From an uncultured Bacilli bacterium (lineage in GTDB: Bacteria; Bacillota_I; Bacilli_A; ML615J-28; CAG-698): 64,000 nucleotides of DNA. Positions 21,626 through 30,250 of this stretch are shown here, piece after piece. The position numbers and the translations under genes were made by a program. The stretch lies in assembly GCA_947627195.1 (NCBI GenBank), contig CANQVC010000001.1, positions 99,671 to 163,670 of the forward strand, given 5' to 3'. How positions within the stretch are numbered: the stretch's first letter is position 1; each line of letters begins with the position of its first letter. The notes under the pieces are model-generated. The model was not told the origin of the DNA, made no database searches, and saw only the letters and a program-made list of their open reading frames with translations.

Positions 21626-22672
21626 ATGGAAGATAAAAATACAGAAGTTGAAAAATTAACTGATGTTGATGAAAATTTTTCTGAAGAAAATACTTATCAA
21701 CAAATGAGTCCATTCCGTTTATTATTACGTCGTTTCTTTCGTTCAAAATTATCAATAGTTGGCTTAATAATGGTAATTGGATTATTCTTATTTGCCTTTT
21801 TAGGACCAGTTATATATGATAAATGGGGAGAAACAGAACAAGATTTAACTGGTGTTTTAAAAATAGAAGATTCAGATTATTTTTTATCTGATCCTAAAGG
21901 TGAAGAAGTTCATTTCCTTGTTCACATTGAAAAATATGAAAAATTAAACACCAAAGCCCCACCAAGTAAAGATCATATTTTAGGAACTGATACCCAAGGT
22001 TGTGATGTCTTTGTTCGTTTAATGTATGGTGGTAGAATTTCATTATTTATTGGCTTTATTGTTGTATTCTTAGAAACAATATTAGGAATATTATTTGGTG
22101 GCTTAGCAGGATATTTTGGTGGATGGGTTGATAATGTTATAATGCGTATTGTTGATATATTTAATTGTGTACCAACATTACCAATATTATTAATTGCCTC
22201 AGCCGTATTAAATGCTTTCCCTGATTTGCCTCAAAATACAAAAATATACTTTTTAATGATTATTCTTACAATATTTGGTTGGAGTGGTTGTGCTAGATTA
22301 GTTCGTGGACAAATTTTAAGTTTACGTGAACAAGAATATATTACAGCTACCGAAGTAATGGGCTTATCTACCGCAAGAAAGATATTTAAACATTTAATTC
22401 CTAATGTAATGCCACAACTAATCGTTTCAATGACATTAGGTTTAGGTAGTGTTATTTTATATGAATCTACTTTAAGTTATTTGGGATTAGGTGTTCAATT
22501 ACCATATGCTGCTTGGGGAACAATGATTGCCCAAAGTAATGATCCTGTCATTTTATCAAACTACTTAAATATGTGGTTACCTGCTGGATTTTTAATTGTT
22601 ATTGCTGTTTTAGGATTTAACTTTATTGGTGATGGTCTTCGTGATGCGATGGATCCAAGAGCTAAGAAATAG
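21626..22672 (+). CDS. oppC: Oligopeptide ABC transporter permease
   Basis: OppC/DppC-like membrane domain (GCARLVRGQILSLREQEYI). Position after oppB. Confidence 0.85.
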   Translation: MEDKNTEVEKLTDVDENFSEENTYQQMSPFRLLLRRFFRSKLSIVGLIMVIGLFLFAFLGPVIYDKWGETEQDLTGVLKIEDSDYFLSDPKGEEVHFLVHIEKYEKLNTKAPPSKDHILGTDTQGCDVFVRLMYGGRISLFIGFIVVFLETILGILFGGLAGYFGGWVDNVIMRIVDIFNCVPTLPILLIASAVLNAFPDLPQNTKIYFLMIILTIFGWSGCARLVRGQILSLREQEYITATEVMGLSTARKIFKHLIPNVMPQLIVSMTLGLGSVILYESTLSYLGLGVQLPYAAWGTMIAQSNDPVILSNYLNMWLPAGFLIVIAVLGFNFIGDGLRDAMDPRAKK

Positions 22673-22685
22673 ATAGGTGATTAAT

Positions 22686-23858
22686 ATGAATAAAAAAAAT
22701 AAAAATAAAAATTATCTATCTTTAAAAGAAAGTCGTAAAATATTAAAATATAATATTAAACAAATGAGATATTATGAAAGACTAAAGAAGAAAAAAGTTG
22801 ATCAATCTTATTTTGTTACAACAATGAAAGATCCTAATAATCTTGTGGAAATAGAACAATTAGAAACCCATTTCTTTACTGATAGCGGAACAGTTAAATC
22901 AGTAAATGGTGTATCATTTGATATTCCTAAAGGTCGAGTAGTAGGAGTAGTAGGAGAAAGTGGCTGTGGAAAAAGTGTCACATCATTATCAATAATGCAA
23001 CTAGTTCAAGCCCCACAAGGTCAAATTGTAGGTGGAAGTATTCGCTTCAATACTGATGACCTTGGATTGAATGAAAATGGTGAAAAATTAGCTTATGATA
23101 TTGTGAAAATGCCAATGAAAGAAATGTATAACGTTCGTGGAAAAGATATAACAATGATTTTCCAAGAACCAATGACATCATTAAATCCTGTTTTCACCGT
23201 AGGTTATCAATTAGATGAAGTTGTTTTTATTCATTATCCTGAAAAAACAAAAGAAGAAGCTAAAGAACATAGCATTGAAATGTTGAAACAAGTTGGTATT
23301 TCTATGCCCGAACGTGTCTATAAATCATATCCACATGAATTATCAGGTGGTATGAGACAAAGAGTTATGATTGCTATGGCTCTTTCAGGAAATCCCAAAT
23401 TAATTATTGCTGATGAACCAACAACTGCCTTAGATGTTACAATTCAAGCCCAAATATTAGATTTATTAAGAAAAATCCAAAAACAAACAGGTTGTGCTAT
23501 TATGTTAATTACTCATGATTTAGGAGTAATTGCTGAAACAGCTGATGATGTTGTTGTAATGTATGCAGGTCGTATTATTGAAAGAGGAACTGTTAGAGAA
23601 ATATTTAATAATCCTCTTCATCCTTATACAGTTGGATTACAAAAAAGTAAACCATTAATTAACACTAATACAAAAGAACCTTTATATTCTATTCCAGGTC
23701 AAGTACCTAACCCAATAAATATGCCGAATACATGTTTCTTTAAGAGTAGATGTTCAAAATGTATTGAAAAGTGTAATCATGAGTATCCACATGAAATTAA
23801 AGTGAGTGACACCCATTATGTTACCTGCTATTTATATGAAAAGGAGGATAACAAATAA
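22686..23858 (+). CDS. oppD: Oligopeptide ABC transporter ATP-binding protein
   Basis: Walker A GESGCGKSV, signature LSGGMRQR, Walker B IIADEPT. The track's start at 22677 is a GTG; the ATG at 22686 sits 5 nt after AGGTGA. Confidence 0.85.
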   Translation: MNKKNKNKNYLSLKESRKILKYNIKQMRYYERLKKKKVDQSYFVTTMKDPNNLVEIEQLETHFFTDSGTVKSVNGVSFDIPKGRVVGVVGESGCGKSVTSLSIMQLVQAPQGQIVGGSIRFNTDDLGLNENGEKLAYDIVKMPMKEMYNVRGKDITMIFQEPMTSLNPVFTVGYQLDEVVFIHYPEKTKEEAKEHSIEMLKQVGISMPERVYKSYPHELSGGMRQRVMIAMALSGNPKLIIADEPTTALDVTIQAQILDLLRKIQKQTGCAIMLITHDLGVIAETADDVVVMYAGRIIERGTVREIFNNPLHPYTVGLQKSKPLINTNTKEPLYSIPGQVPNPINMPNTCFFKSRCSKCIEKCNHEYPHEIKVSDTHYVTCYLYEKEDNK

Positions 23859-25768
23859 TGGAAGAACAAATTCATGTATTCACAAATCATGATGAAGTAA
23901 AAGAAATTTTTATCCAACTTGTTGATTCTTTAAGTGTAATTGGTTTATATGATAAAACAATTCAATATAATATCCAAATTAATTTAGATGAATTAAAAAT
24001 AATTGTTACAGAAAAAAAGAAAAAAATAGAGATTCATTCAGAAACAGATTATTTCAATTTAAAAGAATCGATATTATTTAATAAACAATTATCTTATATA
24101 AATTTTTCTAATGTTATCTTATTTAAAGATAAAATAGAAAATGCTTATCAAATATTATCATTAAATAAAGAATCACATTTACTTATTGAAGGAATGGGAA
24201 AACTAACAATTTTTAATGCCAATGATGATAATAATAAAGCTGATAATAAATACATTTTAGAAGTTAGAAATTTAAAGAAATATTTCCCATTACAAAAAAA
24301 TGTATTTGGTAAAGCAAGAGCATATTTAAGAGCTGTTGATAATGTCACATTTGGCGTTGAAAAAGGTAAAACAATTGGTGTAGTTGGAGAAAGTGGTTGT
24401 GGAAAAACAACACTTGGAAGAACTATTTTAAAATTGTATGATATAACAGGTGGCAAAGTATTTTTTGAAGGTAATGATATTACTGATTATAAAAAAAATG
24501 AAATGCGAAAATTACGTACATCAATGCAATTAATATTCCAAGATCCTTATTCAAGTCTTCCCCCAAGAATGACAATTGGTTCAATTATTGAAGAAGCAGT
24601 TAAAGTTCATAAAATTGTTCCTAAAGATCAAATTAAATCTCATGTACAAGCTATTATGAAACAATGTGGATTGCAACCTCAATATTATGATCGTTATCCT
24701 CATGAATTTAGTGGTGGACAAAGACAAAGAATATGTATAGCTAGAGCATTAGCTGTTAATCCTAAACTTGTCATATGTGATGAACCAGTAAGTGCTTTGG
24801 ATGTATCAATTCAAGCGCAAATTATCAATCTTTTAAAAGAATTACAAACAAAACTTGATTTAACATATGTCTTCATTTCTCATGATTTATCAGTTGTTAA
24901 ATACATAACAAATGATATTATCGTTATGTATTTAGGCAATATGATGGAAATGGCTGATACAGAAGAAATATTTAAAAATCCAATGCATCCATATACTCAA
25001 GCATTGTTCTCAGCTGTACCAATTCCTAATCCAGATGCAAAAATGAATCGTATAGTTTTAGAAGGTGATATTCCTTCACCAGTAAATCCACCACGTGGAT
25101 GTAAATTTCATACACGTTGTGCTAAATGTATGGACGTATGTAAAGTTGTTGAACCTGAATTCATGGAAATATCTACAGGTCATCATGTTGCATGTCATTT
25201 ATATAATTCTTCAATTATGAAAAATTTAACCGAATATCAAAATATTTATGAAACTATTCGTTTAGAAGAAGAAAGAAAAAATACGGAAGAAAATATAAAA
25301 GATCCATTAAAGATATTATTCTTAAATGTTTCGCAATTTCTTGTTCAAACTTGTAGCAACAAAGATGAAATTGAATTTATTGTTAAATTAGATGGTAACA
25401 AAATATGTGTTAGTGTAAAAAATGTTGAAGAAGACAAAGATTATGTAATTGAAAATGAAGATGATTTAGATAAAATGGTACATGATTTCTTAGATAAGAA
25501 TTATTTATCAACAAATAAAGTTTCACCAATTCAATCTGAAGAACAAATATATGAAATATATGATCAAGCCAAAAATGATAATGAATATGTTTATCATATA
25601 TATCGTAGTACTGAAGATAATGAGATTGTTGAAATAGCTAATCATGATGATAATATTGATGATTTAGATGATGAATCTATAGATAATACACATGAATCTA
25701 ATAAAAACGGACACGTTAAACGTAAGAAAAATAAAAAAGTTTTAATTCCCGTTAAAAAGAAAAAATAA
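23858..25768 (+). CDS. oppF: Oligopeptide ABC transporter ATP-binding protein with an N-terminal extension of about 130 aa and an acidic/Lys-rich C-terminal extension of about 190 aa
   Basis: Walker A GESGCGKTT, signature FSGGQRQR, Walker B VICDEPVS. The core OppF domain occupies only about residues 135-450 of 636. The RBS AAGGAGG is 10 nt upstream. Confidence 0.85.
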   Translation: MEEQIHVFTNHDEVKEIFIQLVDSLSVIGLYDKTIQYNIQINLDELKIIVTEKKKKIEIHSETDYFNLKESILFNKQLSYINFSNVILFKDKIENAYQILSLNKESHLLIEGMGKLTIFNANDDNNKADNKYILEVRNLKKYFPLQKNVFGKARAYLRAVDNVTFGVEKGKTIGVVGESGCGKTTLGRTILKLYDITGGKVFFEGNDITDYKKNEMRKLRTSMQLIFQDPYSSLPPRMTIGSIIEEAVKVHKIVPKDQIKSHVQAIMKQCGLQPQYYDRYPHEFSGGQRQRICIARALAVNPKLVICDEPVSALDVSIQAQIINLLKELQTKLDLTYVFISHDLSVVKYITNDIIVMYLGNMMEMADTEEIFKNPMHPYTQALFSAVPIPNPDAKMNRIVLEGDIPSPVNPPRGCKFHTRCAKCMDVCKVVEPEFMEISTGHHVACHLYNSSIMKNLTEYQNIYETIRLEEERKNTEENIKDPLKILFLNVSQFLVQTCSNKDEIEFIVKLDGNKICVSVKNVEEDKDYVIENEDDLDKMVHDFLDKNYLSTNKVSPIQSEEQIYEIYDQAKNDNEYVYHIYRSTEDNEIVEIANHDDNIDDLDDESIDNTHESNKNGHVKRKKNKKVLIPVKKKK

Positions 25769-26022
25769 TGAATGAAACAAATAAAGAAGTAAAAAGAAAA
25801 AAGAAGAAAAAGTATGTTGATGATGGTCATACCATATACAACATGGATGTTGAAGGATTTCGTTGGCATGATAAAAAGAAAGCATCAACAAATGATTATA
25901 TCGATAAAAAAGAAAAAAGAGTCATTTATCGTTCAGCATTTAAAGCTTATCTTCCTGCTTTAATTCTTACGTTAATTGGTTTTGGCATTGCTATATTATT
26001 AATTTATTTATGGCTAAAATAG
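25768..26022 (+). CDS. Small Lys-rich protein with a C-terminal TM helix (tail-anchored), hypothetical
   Basis: ATAATG overlap with the oppF stop. C-terminal LPALILTLIGFGIAILLIYLWL. No own SD. A terminator follows. Confidence 0.35.
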   Translation: MNETNKEVKRKKKKKYVDDGHTIYNMDVEGFRWHDKKKASTNDYIDKKEKRVIYRSAFKAYLPALILTLIGFGIAILLIYLWLK

Positions 26023-26023
26023 C

Positions 26024-26062
26024 AAAAGGATGTATTCTTAATTGAATCATCCTTTTTATTAT
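26024..26062 (+). terminator. Rho-independent terminator (end of the opp operon)
   Basis: aaaggatg-(15 nt loop)-catccttttt followed by a T-run. Confidence 0.6.
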
Positions 26063-26165
26063 ATTTTATGATAATATAAACAAATAACAAAAAAATCTTG
26101 TATTTAATAATTATTTATCATATAATATTTATATAAATTATATTTATAATGAAGGGATAAAGATT

Positions 26166-28877
26166 ATGAAAAGAAGAAAATTATACACTATATTATGTAT
26201 TATATTATCTATATTTGCTTTACAAATATTTACTGCATGTGAAACATCTAAGCGAAAAATAAATAATAGTTATGTTAAATTTTTTCATTTTGTAACAGAA
26301 GATAATACATTTTTATTTGATTATCAACTAGATGGATACTTTAGTAGTGATAAATTGCAAAAAAAGATAGACGAATTAAATGATGAAGATCATCAAGTTG
26401 ATGAAATTAAATACCTTGATGGTACTAAATTTTCTGTACTAACAGATGATATTAATGAATATTTTGTTAATCATGAACCTGATACAATAGTAAATGATCG
26501 AGTATTTGTTTCTAAAGAAGATTATCCTGCTTATACAGTTGTTGTGAAAATGAAATTGACAGAATATAAAATCACCTGGAAAGGTGTTGATAATTCCGAG
26601 TTCATTGCGCCAACTTTTTATAATGTTGATATGATTGGTACACCATTACCAATTCCTTCAAAAGATGATATGGTCTTTAAACAATGGTACATTGAAGATG
26701 AAGAAGGAAATCATATTATAAAAACAACTTATGAAAAATTAGGTGATGTTACTTATATTGCTGAATGGGAAGCCAAACAAATTAAAATTATTTATCAAGA
26801 TGATAATAAAGAACATAATAATGAAACTAATATTTTATTACAAAATGGTATATATAATTTAAAACCAATTGTTGATAACCCTGGATACATATTTCATGGT
26901 TGGAAACTTAATAACGAATATGTGACTGAATTAGATCCAATGAAATTATGGATTGAAGGAAAAGGAACAATTCAAGAAATAGTCCTTGTTGCTGATTTAG
27001 AATATATTAAACATACATTTAATTTTTATAATGAAGATCAATCATTATTAAAATCATTTGATTGTACATATGAAGAATGGCAAAACTTTACATATCCAGA
27101 TGTTCCAACTAAAGAACATTATGTTGGTACGTGGGATAAATCATTAGATGAATTTAAAAATTATGATATCTATCCAAAATATGAATTAGAAAAATATCAT
27201 ATAACATTTAATACTAATATTGATGGATATGTAATTGATGATAAAGAATGTTCATATGGGACAACATATAATGACATTATTTCGCAATTATCATTTGGTG
27301 ATAAATATTTAATTGGTGTTTATCTTGATCAAGAAATGACAATAGAAGTAGATAATAATAATATAATTGATAAAGATTGTACGTTATATATTAAATTATC
27401 TAATAAATATATTATTAGTACCAAAGAAGATTGGAAATTAATAACAGAACATCCTGATGGATATTTTGAATTAGCAAATGATATTAATTTTGGTGCTGAA
27501 TCTCTTCCAACAATCACTGAATTTAATGGCATAATTGATGGTAAAGAATTTACTGTTTCTAATTTTGTTAATTCAAATGTAAATTGTACTAAATCATATG
27601 GTATTTTTACGAATAATAGTGGAACAATCAGTAATATTAATTTTTCTAAATTTACATATACAATTTCTAATAAACCAACTGATGGAACAATAAATCTTGG
27701 ATTTCTTACAGGTTATAATTATGGTGATATTAGTAATATTAAAATAATTGAAGCAACTATTACAATTATAACTTACCATAGTAGTAATGGTGGTGAAATT
27801 AATTGTCATATGTATGCAGGTGTACTTGCAGGATCTAATTATGGTAATATTGATAATTGTAATATTAGTGCTACAGTAACAATGACTTCAAAAATTGATT
27901 TAAAAAGTAATAGACAACCAAACATAATTGCTAGATTCATTGCTTCATATGGTGTTGTTGTTGGAGGAAATTTTGGTTTAATTTCTCAATGTAGTGTTTC
28001 AGATATTGATTATAGATTTCATGATACGTTTGAATTAAATGAATCACTAACAGCTGATAATCCATTTTATTATAATGAAGTTCACTATGCGTTACAAACA
28101 GGAGGAATAGCAGGTTATAATTCTTCAGATGGTAACATTACTTATTGTATTTATGTTGCTGGAGAAATTTATTCTGAGTTTAATATTCAAAGAAAGAATT
28201 ATTTTGAAGGAATTGTTGATGGTGGAGGTATTGTTGGAACTAATGCAGGTATAGTTGATCATTGTGTTACTGATACTGATATTACTTCTTGGGCTAATGC
28301 TGAATTTCGTTTAGGAGGGATTGCTGGTACTAATGAAACAAGTGGTTTTATAAGAGCAATACAAGTATATGTTCAACTTGAAGCGTATCGTTATGAAAAT
28401 AGTTATATACCTGATTCATATTTTGGTGGTGTTGTTGGCATAAATAGTGGTATTATGACATATTGCTCAATTTTACCTTGTGATTTATATGCCCCAAGTC
28501 TTACAGGTGATAATAATCATTTTGGTTTATTATTTGGTAAAGCTGATAATGCATCTACGATAACTAATTGTTTTGTTAATACAGATATGGCATTTATACA
28601 CGGAATAAATGGTGAAAATTACAAAATATATATAAGTGGATTAATTGAAGAAGCAGTAATATCTAATTGCTTTATATATATTGCAAATGTGGTTTTAAGT
28701 GAATTTGTTTATAACTTTGAATCAGGAATTTCAATTATGTATTATAAAGAAGAAATACCAATGATATATGATTATTTAGATTTTGATTCTATGGGTTTTT
28801 ATCTTAAGACAACATCATCATTTGATTATTATAGTATATTATTGTTATTTTTTTTTAGAAGAACAATAATATTATGA
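26166..28877 (+). CDS. Surface lipoprotein with Flg_new-like repeats and four GLUG-type motifs
   Basis: Lipobox LQIFTACET. Flg_new-like MVFKQWYIEDEEG...YIAEWEA and YIFHGWKLNNEY. GLUG-like GGIAGYNSSDGNITYC, GGIVGTNAGIVDHC, GGIAGTNETSGFIRA and GGVVGINSGIMTYC. Confidence 0.6.
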   Translation: MKRRKLYTILCIILSIFALQIFTACETSKRKINNSYVKFFHFVTEDNTFLFDYQLDGYFSSDKLQKKIDELNDEDHQVDEIKYLDGTKFSVLTDDINEYFVNHEPDTIVNDRVFVSKEDYPAYTVVVKMKLTEYKITWKGVDNSEFIAPTFYNVDMIGTPLPIPSKDDMVFKQWYIEDEEGNHIIKTTYEKLGDVTYIAEWEAKQIKIIYQDDNKEHNNETNILLQNGIYNLKPIVDNPGYIFHGWKLNNEYVTELDPMKLWIEGKGTIQEIVLVADLEYIKHTFNFYNEDQSLLKSFDCTYEEWQNFTYPDVPTKEHYVGTWDKSLDEFKNYDIYPKYELEKYHITFNTNIDGYVIDDKECSYGTTYNDIISQLSFGDKYLIGVYLDQEMTIEVDNNNIIDKDCTLYIKLSNKYIISTKEDWKLITEHPDGYFELANDINFGAESLPTITEFNGIIDGKEFTVSNFVNSNVNCTKSYGIFTNNSGTISNINFSKFTYTISNKPTDGTINLGFLTGYNYGDISNIKIIEATITIITYHSSNGGEINCHMYAGVLAGSNYGNIDNCNISATVTMTSKIDLKSNRQPNIIARFIASYGVVVGGNFGLISQCSVSDIDYRFHDTFELNESLTADNPFYYNEVHYALQTGGIAGYNSSDGNITYCIYVAGEIYSEFNIQRKNYFEGIVDGGGIVGTNAGIVDHCVTDTDITSWANAEFRLGGIAGTNETSGFIRAIQVYVQLEAYRYENSYIPDSYFGGVVGINSGIMTYCSILPCDLYAPSLTGDNNHFGLLFGKADNASTITNCFVNTDMAFIHGINGENYKIYISGLIEEAVISNCFIYIANVVLSEFVYNFESGISIMYYKEEIPMIYDYLDFDSMGFYLKTTSSFDYYSILLLFFFRRTIIL

Positions 28878-29104
28878 ATTATAGACTAAATCATATGGTA
28901 TTTATCAATATGAATTAGTCTTTTTTGCTATTTCATAAAATTAACCCCTAAATTTAATTTTAAATCCATTTTCAGTTATAATTTTATTAATTAAACACAA
29001 ATAATTAAAATTTAAAATAAAAGAAAATTTAATTTTATTTTTCATTTTATTTGCAGTAGGATTAAAAATGTGATATAATTTTTGCTTGTATAAGGAATGA
29101 TAAA

Positions 29105-30238
29105 ATGGAAAATGAAACATTTATTAGTAATAAACAAAAGATCATAAGATTTATTAAAAAAAATATTGTTATGTTTATTGCTTTATTTGTGGCAATAATA
29201 ACAATGTTTTTTATACCTCCTGATAAAGAATATTTAAATTATTTTGATTTAAAAACATTAACATGTTTATTTTGTACATTAGCTGTTGTATGTGCATTAA
29301 AAAACATTCATTTCTTTTATATGTTAGCGCAAAAGATTGTTTGTTTATTCAAAACAACTAGAAAAGCTATTTTAGGTTTAATATATATAACATTTATTGG
29401 CTCAATGTTAATAGCTAATGATATGGCTTTACTTACATTTTTACCTTTAGGTTATATTGTATTAACAACAACTAAAAAAGAAAAATATATGGCATTTACT
29501 TTTATAATGCAAAATATTGCTGCTAATTTAGGAGGAATGCTTACACCATTTGGTAATCCACAAAATTTATATTTATATACTAAGTTTGCCATTCCAACTT
29601 TAGAATTTATGTCAATAATGGCAATACCATTTATTGTTTCTATTTGTTTAATGACATTGTGTTGTTTTATTTTTGTACGCAATGAATCATTAATATTAGA
29701 AGAAAAAAAGATTGAATTTCAAAGAAATCGAACAATAATATATTTAATATTATTTGCTTTATCAATATTAATTGTCTTTCGTCTTATTCCTTATTGGATT
29801 GGATTAATTATAATATTTATTTCTCTTTTATTTTTAGATCGAAATGCTCTAAAGAAAGTTGATTATCCATTATTACTTACTTTTGTTTTCTTTTTTATTT
29901 TCGCAGGTAATATGGCAAGAATTGATAAAGTACGATCTTTATTTTCTAGTTTATTAGAAAAGAATACATTAGTGTTTAGTGTTTTATCATGTCAAATAAT
30001 TAGTAATGTTCCATCCGCAATCCTTTTATCGCAATTTACTAATAATTATAAAGAATTATTGTTAGGAGTAAATATAGGTGGTGTAGGTACATTAATTGCT
30101 TCATTAGCTAGTTTAATTACATTTCGTGAATATGTTAAACATAATCCAAAAAAAGCAGGACAATATATTGGTTTGTTTTCCTTATTTAACTTTTCATTTT
30201 TAATTATATTAACTGTCTTAATGGCAATAATTATTTAA
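29105..30238 (+). CDS. Polytopic membrane permease, probably ArsB/NhaD (CitMHS) superfamily anion transporter
   Basis: About 10 predicted TM segments. Motif MLTPFGNPQNLYLY. No signal peptide. Confidence 0.45.
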   Translation: MENETFISNKQKIIRFIKKNIVMFIALFVAIITMFFIPPDKEYLNYFDLKTLTCLFCTLAVVCALKNIHFFYMLAQKIVCLFKTTRKAILGLIYITFIGSMLIANDMALLTFLPLGYIVLTTTKKEKYMAFTFIMQNIAANLGGMLTPFGNPQNLYLYTKFAIPTLEFMSIMAIPFIVSICLMTLCCFIFVRNESLILEEKKIEFQRNRTIIYLILFALSILIVFRLIPYWIGLIIIFISLLFLDRNALKKVDYPLLLTFVFFFIFAGNMARIDKVRSLFSSLLEKNTLVFSVLSCQIISNVPSAILLSQFTNNYKELLLGVNIGGVGTLIASLASLITFREYVKHNPKKAGQYIGLFSLFNFSFLIILTVLMAIII

Positions 30239-30250
30239 TTGGAGGTTTAT

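Noticed and set aside
21522-21755. 77-aa minus-strand ORF spanning the oppB/oppC junction
   Set aside because: Antisense to conserved permease genes. No RBS.
24148-24456. 102-aa minus-strand ORF inside oppF
   Set aside because: Antisense to a conserved ABC ATPase gene. No independent signals.
25642-25869. 75-aa minus-strand ORF across the oppF / small-ORF junction
   Set aside because: Antisense to a conserved ABC ATPase gene and the coupled small ORF. No independent signals.
27329-27532. 67-aa minus-strand ORF inside the GLUG lipoprotein gene
   Set aside because: Antisense to a supported CDS. No RBS.
27594-27809. 71-aa minus-strand ORF inside the GLUG lipoprotein gene
   Set aside because: Antisense to a supported CDS. 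No RBS.
29452-29682. 76-aa minus-strand ORF inside the permease gene
   Set aside because: Antisense to a supported CDS. No RBS.
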